Origin: Parcubacteria group bacterium Gr01-1014_8
Lineage (GTDB): Bacteria; Patescibacteriota; Minisyncoccia; Phycocordibacterales; UBA2100
Length of the DNA stretch: 64,000 nt
Direction of reading: 5' to 3'
Assembly: GCA_007376385.1 (NCBI GenBank)
Contig: VMGC01000002.1
Location: 96,001-160,000 of the forward strand
How positions within the stretch are numbered: position 1 is the stretch's first letter; each line of letters begins with the position of its first letter. Below are positions 28,339-36,406 of the stretch, piece by piece. The notes beneath the pieces are model-generated. The model had not been told where the DNA came from. It was given only the letters and a program-made list of their open reading frames with translations, and ran no database searches. Position numbers and translations under genes: made by a program.

Positions 28339-29385
28339 ATGAAAAAAGCATTAATGTTGATGACCTTAGGCGCGCTCGTCTTTGGTGTAAGCGCAGGGTT
28401 AGCCTATGCAAAGCCGCAACAGGTAACAAGCGGAGGAAAAACATATTACGTTGTTGCTTCAACCGATCAGGCGATTGATTCGGGTGCAGAAGTATGTGCT
28501 TCGATGGGGAAGCAGTGCATCGGATACACGGGATTTTCAAACGACGCGTGTAAGAAGGTGCATGCTGATGCCGCGACAAAATCAGACATGAATGGCAGTA
28601 AAGCTGGATTTTATTGCGACGGTTCACCGCAAGGAGGCGTGTGCGCGAGCGAGGTGAATACGTGCCACGTCTGCCCGAATTGCAATGTGGGCGTGACGTG
28701 CGACGAATCGATAGGCGGTCTGTATCGAGAAATGTATGTTGAATGTTCCTCCAGCGATGACACTATTGCAGTTCCAGCGCGGTGGCGCAGCGTCTTTTCT
28801 TTTCCCGGCAGGTGGTGGAGCGGGATGCGTGATACAGTCGCGCGAGCGTTCGATCGTTACCGCGAGATCCTCGGTCGGTTAACAATGGTAACTGTGAAGC
28901 ATGTCGTTATTCAAGTACAAGGTCCAAATGGCACCGTAAGCGCGGACATTCCTGAGGACTCGCTCGTATGCGAGTTCTATCAAACGAACAAGAAACTTGT
29001 GACGTGCGGCGCGCTCGCAGCAGCGGACCAATTTTGCGTGACAGCATTTGACTCTCGATTCGCGACTGCAGCGCTCTGTCAGGACAACGGCATCATTATC
29101 TGCAGCAAACCGTGCACGACGGATCCACAGGAGTTGAAGCCGCAGAGATGCGCGTTCGACAATGACCGACCGAGGGGAAAACAAGCGGCGCCTCTCGATT
29201 TCTGCACCGAGACAAAAACCATTCAAGTTGATACGGGTGACACGGTAAAAAAGAAAGCAGGGCAAGAGTGCAAGCATGGCGGCGAGTGCAATACGGGGTA
29301 TTGTCTTGGACAGCCGTCGGACAACGGAATTAAGTATTTCTGCTCGTGCAAGCAAACGACGCTCGACTTTACGTGTGGCACGTAG
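28339..29385 (+). CDS. secreted cysteine-rich protein
   Basis: Signal peptide MKKALMLMTLGALVFGVSAGLAYA; about 30 Cys with CxxC/CxC spacing; C-terminus EGF-like (CKHGGECNTGYCLG...FCSC). Confidence 0.5.
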   Translation: MKKALMLMTLGALVFGVSAGLAYAKPQQVTSGGKTYYVVASTDQAIDSGAEVCASMGKQCIGYTGFSNDACKKVHADAATKSDMNGSKAGFYCDGSPQGGVCASEVNTCHVCPNCNVGVTCDESIGGLYREMYVECSSSDDTIAVPARWRSVFSFPGRWWSGMRDTVARAFDRYREILGRLTMVTVKHVVIQVQGPNGTVSADIPEDSLVCEFYQTNKKLVTCGALAAADQFCVTAFDSRFATAALCQDNGIIICSKPCTTDPQELKPQRCAFDNDRPRGKQAAPLDFCTETKTIQVDTGDTVKKKAGQECKHGGECNTGYCLGQPSDNGIKYFCSCKQTTLDFTCGT

Positions 29386-29441
29386 CGGTGGTGGGGGGCA
29401 TGGAGCGTGCTTCAGAAGGTGCCGAGTAGTACACTGAAGCC

Positions 29442-29975
29442 ATGGGTAAATACGTCCTCGCTCTTCTTGTCTTGATCGGAGCGATAGTCGCAGCTGTCTG
29501 GTGGAGCGGGATTTTTGCTGTTGATATGGACCCATCGATTGCGACCGACTATAGAAATGCAACATACGAGATAGACCTACAGCCGATAAAACTAGAAAAT
29601 GGGCGAGCGGAATCGTTTGTCGTTTCGGACTCCGACGCGAAAGCCATCACACAGTATTTTGGCAATGACGCAATGGGAGACCTGAACGGCGACGGACTTG
29701 CAGATGTTGCCTTTCTTCTCACACAGCAAAGCGGAGGAAGCGGAACCTTCTATTACGTGGCCGCCGCACAAAAGGCTGGCAACGGCTATAGGGGAATGAA
29801 CGCGGTGTTGTTGGGGGACAGAATTGCGCCGCAGAGCACGGAGATCCATAATATGCAGATCATCGTCAATTACGCAGAGCGCAGGGGCGATGAGCCGATG
29901 ACCGCACAGCCGTCTATCGGTGTTTCGAAATATTTCCGCATCAATAACGGTCGGCTCACTGAAGAGGGTATATAG
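29442..29975 (+). CDS. hypothetical membrane-anchored protein with FG-GAP/VCBS-like DxNGDG motif
   Basis: N-terminal TM; GDLNGDGLADVAFLL. Confidence 0.45.
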   Translation: MGKYVLALLVLIGAIVAAVWWSGIFAVDMDPSIATDYRNATYEIDLQPIKLENGRAESFVVSDSDAKAITQYFGNDAMGDLNGDGLADVAFLLTQQSGGSGTFYYVAAAQKAGNGYRGMNAVLLGDRIAPQSTEIHNMQIIVNYAERRGDEPMTAQPSIGVSKYFRINNGRLTEEGI

Positions 29976-30022
29976 CGCGTGTTGCATGGCCACGGGGGGA
30001 GGGGTGAATTGAGCGGTCCATC

Positions 30023-31162
30023 GTGATACGCTCAATATCCATGCGGGCGACAAAAGTTCATTTTGCTTCTTCCGATAGCGCGGACATGTACTATATGGTC
30101 CAGTGCCGAATCCCGGACCCTTTTTTTGTTATAGATTCAGGACGCGAAAAAAAAGTATTTCTGAATGTCCTGGAGATAGATGCGTTTCGAGAAAGAAATA
30201 CAAATGACACGTTTGAGGTCATACCGGTGGAGCCGCTCATGAAGAAAGCAAAGGCCATTGACGGTAAAGGAAGCAGAGCGGCGAAACTTGCCTACGTGAT
30301 ATTTGAGCAGTACGACTTGCTGAAAAAAGAGATAACAGTGCCTCGTGAATTTCCGTTGGACGTTGCGGATTATCTGCGCTCAAAAGGTGCAGTTCTTAAC
30401 GTATCGCATCCATTCATTCACGAACGCGCGACAAAAACCGCGGAGGAAATCGAGCTTCTTCGGGAAAATCTAAAAAAGACAACGAAGGGATTTGAGCTTG
30501 TGGAGAAAATATTACGCGCCGCCAAGATAAAAGATGATTCCCTTTTTCATGATGGAAAAGAACTAACGAGCGAGTACATAAAGGATGAAGTCGAAAAGTC
30601 CTTATTCCTCGAGGGGATGGAGGATGTCGAAGGAATGATCCTCTCGTCAGGAAAGCAATCGGCGATGCCCCACCACAAAGGAGAGGGGTCCATTAAACCA
30701 AACACAGCCATCATTTGTGACATTTTCTTCCGCGATCGAAAGAATCGATATTTTGGCGATATGACGCGCACGTACGTCAAAGGTACGCCAACTGAAAAAG
30801 TTAGGCAGATGCACGAAACAGTAAAAAATTCTCAAGATGCGGCATTTGCCGCCATAAGGCCAGGTGCTCTCGCAAAACATGTTTTTGAGGCGTCAGCAAA
30901 AGCGATCCGTGATGCAGGATTCGATGTAGGGGACAAAGGATACATTCACAGTCTGGGGCACGGACTTGGTCTCGAACTGCACGAAGCGCCAAATGCAGGA
31001 CCCAATTCCGAGGACGTTTTAGAAGTTGGGAATGTTATTACTATTGAGCCCGGTCTTTACTATCCGGAGTGGGGAGGCGTGCGTATAGAGGATGTTATTG
31101 TAGTTGGTGAACATGGCGTTGAGAACTTGACCAATTATCATCGTGAGTATCTTATTACCTAA
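30023..31162 (+). CDS. M24-family Xaa-Pro aminopeptidase/dipeptidase
   Basis: HSLGHGLGLELHEAPN...ITIEPGLY...VRIEDVIVV metal-ligand pattern. Confidence 0.8.
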   Translation: MIRSISMRATKVHFASSDSADMYYMVQCRIPDPFFVIDSGREKKVFLNVLEIDAFRERNTNDTFEVIPVEPLMKKAKAIDGKGSRAAKLAYVIFEQYDLLKKEITVPREFPLDVADYLRSKGAVLNVSHPFIHERATKTAEEIELLRENLKKTTKGFELVEKILRAAKIKDDSLFHDGKELTSEYIKDEVEKSLFLEGMEDVEGMILSSGKQSAMPHHKGEGSIKPNTAIICDIFFRDRKNRYFGDMTRTYVKGTPTEKVRQMHETVKNSQDAAFAAIRPGALAKHVFEASAKAIRDAGFDVGDKGYIHSLGHGLGLELHEAPNAGPNSEDVLEVGNVITIEPGLYYPEWGGVRIEDVIVVGEHGVENLTNYHREYLIT

Positions 31163-31286
31163 TTATGCCTGTACACACGAAAAGGCCTTATATGCATGCG
31201 GTCAGCCGTTCAAGAATGAACACAACTGATCCAGAGACTTGGTTGCTTTTTGGAAGTAATGTTGGCCAGCGGCTAGGCCTTTTCGT

Positions 31287-31580
31287 GTGATAGGTATGCA
31301 AGAAAGAATAGAGGCGATCGAGCGGGAGCTGGAAGCAATAAAACAAAGAAATTCTCGGGTGGAAGGGGATAAAGCATGGGAAACAAGCCCTGTGCGCGCG
31401 GCTATTCTCGCAGCCATTACGTTTGTAGTGACTTCCGCCGGCCTCATGATGATCGACAATGAGAATCCGTTTCGCAACGGGATCATAGCGGCGATCGGAT
31501 ATGTACTTTCAACGCTATCATTTTCATTCCTGAAGCGACGCTGGATCGTCTCGTACGTCGCGCGACTCGGCAAGAAGTGA
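31287..31580 (+). CDS. small membrane protein with N-terminal coiled coil
   Basis: 97 aa; competing antisense ORF 31202..31609 judged less likely. Confidence 0.35.
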   Translation: MIGMQERIEAIERELEAIKQRNSRVEGDKAWETSPVRAAILAAITFVVTSAGLMMIDNENPFRNGIIAAIGYVLSTLSFSFLKRRWIVSYVARLGKK

Positions 31581-31712
31581 ACCCCGTTAGAGAACGCCCT
31601 GCCGAACACGGCTTCAGTCGTCTTAGGGGTGGCTTTTCTCTAACGGGTGAATAACTCGCTGTACAGAGCTTCCAGCATGGTATTCTTTGCAGATTAACAT
31701 CATCTCTTTCGT

Positions 31713-32099
31713 ATGAGTTCACTCATGCTTCCTCAATTATTAGGTTTGTATTTTTTGATAGTCGGGGTCATCGTCGTTGCCAGGCGCGCATCGATAATGC
31801 CTGCGCTGTCACAGATAGTCGCGAACAGGCCGCTTCTCCTTGTCATCTCGCTTGCAGAACTCCTTGCAGGGCTGGCCATCATCCTCAATTACTCAGAAGT
31901 GTCATTTACGACAGAAGGGGTTATTGCGGTCATAGGCTGGATGCTCGTCGTGGAAGGCATTTTGTATCTTGCAACGCCTATGCGTGTTGTTCAAAAGTTC
32001 ATCAAAGCATTCAATAAGCAGGAGTGGTATGCCGCAGGGGGAGTACTCGCAGTCGTCATAGGTGCGTATCTGTCCATTGTCGGTTTTGGGATGATGTAA
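31713..32099 (+). CDS. hypothetical membrane protein
   Basis: Four hydrophobic helices. Confidence 0.45.
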   Translation: MSSLMLPQLLGLYFLIVGVIVVARRASIMPALSQIVANRPLLLVISLAELLAGLAIILNYSEVSFTTEGVIAVIGWMLVVEGILYLATPMRVVQKFIKAFNKQEWYAAGGVLAVVIGAYLSIVGFGMM

Positions 32100-32239
32100 G
32101 GACTTACGCAAACGGCGCATTTCGTCGTCGCACCGCAAAAAATGTCGCTCACGGTACTTTCATATGTACCGCTTACTCCATTTTTCTTGTGCTTCTAGAA
32201 CTGCATCCATCTGCGTAAGTCCTATGGTACCAGAGACTG

Positions 32240-32587
32240 CTACCTGCTCTTCCCATCGTACGGAGTGAGCGTGAGTTCGGAAAGTTCGACGCCATCCAAA
32301 CATCGGACGTTGATCGAAACGGTAGGGCCGTTCTTGCCAGCTCCTTTTCCGAATGCCTGCACGCCGCAGGTCTTGCAGAAAAGGTGGTCTATCAATTTTT
32401 TATTGAATCGGTAACTTTGCAATTTGTTTTCTCCAGAGATCAGCTTGAATTGCGTTGCGGGTGAGAAGGTCAAGAGCAGTCCTTTTTTCTGACAGTGGGT
32501 GCAGTTGCACTCAATTACTTTCGTCAGATCTGCTTCAACTTCAAATTGCACTGCCTTGCAATGGCAAGCACCTTTGTATTTTTTCAT
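32240..32587 (-). CDS. GFA/CENP-V family zinc-binding protein
   Basis: CHCKAVQFEV...CNCTHCQKKG...CKTCGV cysteine pattern; start set at MKKYKG, 9 nt after the motif copy. Confidence 0.7.
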   Translation of the reverse strand: MKKYKGACHCKAVQFEVEADLTKVIECNCTHCQKKGLLLTFSPATQFKLISGENKLQSYRFNKKLIDHLFCKTCGVQAFGKGAGKNGPTVSINVRCLDGVELSELTLTPYDGKSR

Positions 32588-32596
32588 GAACCTCAG

Positions 32597-32702
32597 TATA
32601 CCCCATGAGATAAAGCATTTATCGTATCTCTCCAAATAATTTCCAGGCTAAAAGTCTATTAATCGGCTGAAATTGTAGATTTTTTTTATCTCACGGGGTA
32701 TA
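32597..32702. promoter_or_regulatory. inverted pair of 16-nt motif (TATACCCCATGAGATA 32597-32612; TATCTCACGGGGTATA 32687-32702)
   Basis: The left copy faces the GFA gene; the right copy faces the 32777 gene. Confidence 0.6.
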
Positions 32703-32776
32703 CCAATATGACCGTTTTGCGTAAGGTTATCTGAAAAGAAGAGCACATGTACTAAGGGGTGTGTTACAGTACCCCA

Positions 32777-33205
32777 ATGAAGAAGACGCTGGTTGTCGGC
32801 GGGGCGATGCTATTAGCGGGCTTCGGCTTTTATCTCCACGACATTTCGAAGATGACAGAGGCGGCTCCCATCGTTTCTGGCGATGTTATATGGGTTATTG
32901 AAGCCGCTGGGGAAGATCCAGAGTCTGCGGCGCCCCTTTCATCTGTAGCCATTAAGAGAGGAGCAAAAACGTATGAACTTGGCACATATGCTGGCTCTTG
33001 CTTTGAAATAGATAATGTATCGTGGAAACTATACGAAGGAGAGCTCACTGGGGTAATTTGCTGGTTTGCGGGAGGCGGCGAGGAATTGGGAGTCTTTGGC
33101 GAGGGAAGCTGGCTTGTCGTCAAGAGAGGACAGCTTGATGAAGGTTCAGCAGAAACACCCGGCGTTCGCGGCAACTTCAAGCAGATTCTTGTTCTCGGCG
33201 AATAG
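32777..33205 (+). CDS. hypothetical secreted/membrane-anchored protein
   Basis: MKKTLVVGGAMLLAGFGFYL signal/anchor. Confidence 0.45.
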   Translation: MKKTLVVGGAMLLAGFGFYLHDISKMTEAAPIVSGDVIWVIEAAGEDPESAAPLSSVAIKRGAKTYELGTYAGSCFEIDNVSWKLYEGELTGVICWFAGGGEELGVFGEGSWLVVKRGQLDEGSAETPGVRGNFKQILVLGE

Positions 33206-33214
33206 CCCTACGTC

Positions 33215-33952
33215 ATGTCAGTCCTGAACGTTCAAAACCTCACGAAGGTCTACAAAGATGTGATTGCCGTCGATGGCATTTCTTTTTCAGTATCGAAAGG
33301 AGAGATAGTCGGGTTGCTTGGCCCAAATGGCGCGGGAAAAACATCGACCATCAGCATGATTCTCGGCGTTTTGGAGCCAAGCGGAGGAAATGTTTTTATT
33401 GACGGCAAAGACATTGTAAAAAAAAGAAGCGAAGCGTTAGTACGGACGAATTTTGCGGCCGTGTATGCGCAGCTGCCGGGCAATCTAAGCGTATATCAAA
33501 ATTTGATGTTCTTCGGACTTCTCTACGATGTGCATGGTATTCGCGCGAGGATAGAGACGATGTTGGAAAAATTCGATCTGAAGCATTATAAGAATTCGAA
33601 AGTCGGTTTTCTTTCGTCCGGGGAGCAGACCAGGGTCGGACTCGCGAAAGCGATGCTGAATTCACCCGGCTTGCTCCTATTGGATGAACCCACTGCATCT
33701 CTTGACCCATCGACAGCACGAACTACTCGCGAGTCTATCAAGGAGTATGCTGCGGAAGGCAAGGGCGGAGTAGTATGGACCTCGCATAACATGCAAGAAG
33801 TAGAAGCTGTCTGCGATAGGGTTCTTTTTCTCTCGCACGGCAAAATACTTTTGGAGGGCAATCCAAAAACACTTGCAGCGCAGCACGGAAAAAAAGATCT
33901 GGAGGAATTATTTATTACAGTGGCGCGCGAGCCGCTCTCGCTTGATATCTGA
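33215..33952 (+). CDS. ABC transporter ATP-binding protein
   Basis: GPNGAGKTS Walker A, LSSGEQTRVGLAKAM signature, LLLDEPTASLD Walker B. Confidence 0.9.
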   Translation: MSVLNVQNLTKVYKDVIAVDGISFSVSKGEIVGLLGPNGAGKTSTISMILGVLEPSGGNVFIDGKDIVKKRSEALVRTNFAAVYAQLPGNLSVYQNLMFFGLLYDVHGIRARIETMLEKFDLKHYKNSKVGFLSSGEQTRVGLAKAMLNSPGLLLLDEPTASLDPSTARTTRESIKEYAAEGKGGVVWTSHNMQEVEAVCDRVLFLSHGKILLEGNPKTLAAQHGKKDLEELFITVAREPLSLDI

Positions 33953-34013
33953 CCCGAACACACGAAGAGCACAGGCAACGAGCAATATGATGAGCACTAT
34001 GGACAAACACAGA

Positions 34014-34110
34014 ATGAAAGGTTTCAACCTCCGGGGCAAGCCCTGGACTCTGGGAAACGAGCACCGCTCGTTTCCCAAATTCCGCGGCCTGTCTGCGTGC
34101 ATCGCACAGG
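34014..34110 (+). repeat. copy A of ~97-nt near-identical direct repeat (copy B at 61918-62014); contains an 11-bp perfect hairpin
   Basis: 93/97 identity with copy B; GGGAAACGAGC-ACC-GCTCGTTTCCC. Confidence 0.6.
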
Positions 34111-34128
34111 CAGGCAAGCCGCGGGGTT

Positions 34129-34926
34129 TTGAACCTTTGCTGTCTGTGTCGCTTCCTCAGGCAAATGTACCTTTTCAGAGGAAGCCCAACCAGGTACGTA
34201 CAGCTTTTCGTATGGATAACTGTTGATATTGTTCTTTGGGGGTTCATCACCAAATATTTCACCGAGTCAGTAGGCGCAGAGTTCAGTTTTGTGACGACGC
34301 TTCTTGGCGCAGTCATTTTGTGGGACATATTAAGCAGAGCGCATCAAGGTACGACGATGCCTTTTTTGGAGGATGTGTGGTCGAGGAATTTTCTGAACAT
34401 TTTTGCGACTCCTCTCAAACTTCCGGAGTACTTGCTCGGCTTCATCATGACATCGCTTTTTACGACGGGCCTCGTTGTCGTTGCCATCTCGCTTTTTGCC
34501 GCGGTTGTTTTTGATTATTCGCTATTTTCGCTTGGAATATATCTCGCTCCGTTTCTCGGTATCTTGTTTTTGTTTGGCGCTGCGCTTGGTATTTTGGGCA
34601 TCGGGCTCGTGCTTCGATTCGGTCCTCCGGCCGAGTGGTTCACCTGGCCCCTTGCAGCCGTCCTTAGTCCTTTTGCGGGGGTGTTCTACCCTATCTCTAC
34701 GTTGCCTGACTGGATGCAGACAGTGGCATATCTGTTGCCGCCTGCCTATGTCTTTGAAGGCATGCGGGGAGTCATCTTGACAGGCGTTATCTCCGGCGGG
34801 TCGCTTGTGAAGGGTTTTGTACTAGCGTGTGTATACGTACTCCTCATGTATGCACTCTTCACGTATATGTATAGAATAGCTATACGAAATGGGCTTATTG
34901 CTCGGTACAGCGCCGAAGGGCCATAG
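34129..34926 (+). CDS. ABC-2 type transporter permease
   Basis: Six TM segments and the ABC-2 E.GT.E loop (AHQGTTMPFLEDVWS); TTG (34129) or ATG (34165) start. Confidence 0.7.
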   Translation: MNLCCLCRFLRQMYLFRGSPTRYVQLFVWITVDIVLWGFITKYFTESVGAEFSFVTTLLGAVILWDILSRAHQGTTMPFLEDVWSRNFLNIFATPLKLPEYLLGFIMTSLFTTGLVVVAISLFAAVVFDYSLFSLGIYLAPFLGILFLFGAALGILGIGLVLRFGPPAEWFTWPLAAVLSPFAGVFYPISTLPDWMQTVAYLLPPAYVFEGMRGVILTGVISGGSLVKGFVLACVYVLLMYALFTYMYRIAIRNGLIARYSAEGP

Positions 34927-34969
34927 TTTCGACTGTAATCTTTATATGTATTCATCCGTCACACTAAAC

Positions 34970-36181
34970 ATGAGCACATTGCGGCATTTTTTATCCGTAC
35001 CCCGTGTGGCATTTTTGCTGCTTTTCTTTCTGTATGTGTTTTTGCCTCACGCCGCCTCTGCCGCGGTGATATCAAAACCGTTTGAAATATCAGGATGGAT
35101 ACCGTACTGGCGCACCGCAACAGGTACTGCGGACACGCTTGTGCACCTTGAGACATTCACCGAAGTTAATCCATTCGTCTACACGGTCACGAATACCGGC
35201 CGTTTGAATGATGCGGGGAGTCTCCTCACCGACGCTTCTTGGATACAATTGAAGCAAGAGGCGAAGCTAAAAGGGGTGCGGTTTATTCCAACAGTGATGT
35301 GGTCCAACCCTGACGCGATGCATGCAGTACTCAGCGATACGGCCACGCGGCAGCTCTTGGTGAGAATGATAGTGGATGAGGCTGTCGTCAACGAATACGA
35401 CGGCATTGATATCGATTTTGAGGGCAAGTATGCGAAGACCCGCCCGTATTTCTCAAAATTTCTTCAGGAGTTGTATAAGGGAATGGGGAACAAGTGGGTG
35501 CAATGTACCATCGAATCGCGCACGCCTATCGCAGACCGATATTTCGGGACAGAACCGCCTTCTGACGCGGGCGAGTATGCGAACGATTTTGCGGTCATCA
35601 ACAAAAACTGTGACCGCGTACGCTTCATGACGTATGACCAGCAGAATGTCGACCAAAAGCTCGCGTCGGAGACGACAGAGCCATACGGCCCAGTCGCCGA
35701 TACAGACTGGGTCGAGAAAGCAATTCGCGAAGCAATGAAAACAATTCCCAAGCGAAAGATAGTGCTTGGCATTGCCACCTATGGCTACGAGTGGGATGTA
35801 CGGACGTATGCTAACAACGAGCATGTGTATGACCTCTTGTGGACGTTCAATCCGAAATACGGTTTGGAGCTCGCGTCGAAATACAACATTACGCCCGGAA
35901 GAAACGCAGGCGGAGAACTAGGTTTTACATATTTTCCAGAGGGGGCAGCGATTTCTCTCCCTCGTCCCAGCATTCCGTGGCCGTACAACCTTATTGCTTC
36001 CGCCGCTTCCGCTCTTACAACGGCTAACAATTCAAACATGTCGTACAGAATGGTCACATGGAGCGATGCGGAGGCGATAGGAGATAAAGTGGACTTGGCA
36101 AAACGGCTCGGCATTCGGGGGGTAGCCATCTTCAAAATAGACGGAGGCGAGGACCCCGGCATGTGGGAGGCGTTAAAATAA
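34970..36181 (+). CDS. glycoside hydrolase family 18 (chitinase-like) secreted protein
   Basis: Signal peptide; YDGIDIDFEG (DGxDxDxE GH18 catalytic motif). Confidence 0.7.
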   Translation: MSTLRHFLSVPRVAFLLLFFLYVFLPHAASAAVISKPFEISGWIPYWRTATGTADTLVHLETFTEVNPFVYTVTNTGRLNDAGSLLTDASWIQLKQEAKLKGVRFIPTVMWSNPDAMHAVLSDTATRQLLVRMIVDEAVVNEYDGIDIDFEGKYAKTRPYFSKFLQELYKGMGNKWVQCTIESRTPIADRYFGTEPPSDAGEYANDFAVINKNCDRVRFMTYDQQNVDQKLASETTEPYGPVADTDWVEKAIREAMKTIPKRKIVLGIATYGYEWDVRTYANNEHVYDLLWTFNPKYGLELASKYNITPGRNAGGELGFTYFPEGAAISLPRPSIPWPYNLIASAASALTTANNSNMSYRMVTWSDAEAIGDKVDLAKRLGIRGVAIFKIDGGEDPGMWEALK

Positions 36182-36262
36182 TCGAATGTGGTATGCATTT
36201 GCGGAATCTCTTAAAATGTGTCGGCCTTGTTCTTTTGACTGCCGATCTCAACGAGCTAAGAG

Positions 36263-36383
36263 AGGTGTGCGCTGCAGTGTCTCGCAGGCTGACGAGCAAA
36301 GAGGCAGCGCTGCCGCAGTAGCGGCGGACAGCGACGGCAGCGCGCACCTGTCTAGCGAGTACCTTTTTTTGACAGGTGCGCGC
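36263..36383 (+). promoter_or_regulatory. structured leader upstream of thrA with mutually exclusive helices
   Basis: AGGTGTGCGC (36263-72) can pair with GCGCGCACCT (36343-52). Alternatively GCGCGCACCTGTC (36340-52) pairs with GACAGGTGCGCGC (36371-83). Inner 8-bp hairpin CGCTGCCG/CGGCAGCG. Confidence 0.3.
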
Positions 36384-36406
36384 TCGCGTGGTAGCGTCGA
36401 ACTTCC

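Noticed and set aside
33873-34226. ORFs in the track created by the 97-nt repeat (33873..34226, 33908..34117, 33915..34328, 61777..62034, 61785..62177)
   Set aside because: Shared peptides (CAMHADRPRNLGNERCSFPRVQGLP, LCDARRQAAEFGKRAVLV) simply reflect the DNA repeat read in several frames. The copy-to-copy differences are all nonsynonymous. Treated as a non-coding repeat, although a short MKGFN... leader peptide cannot be excluded.
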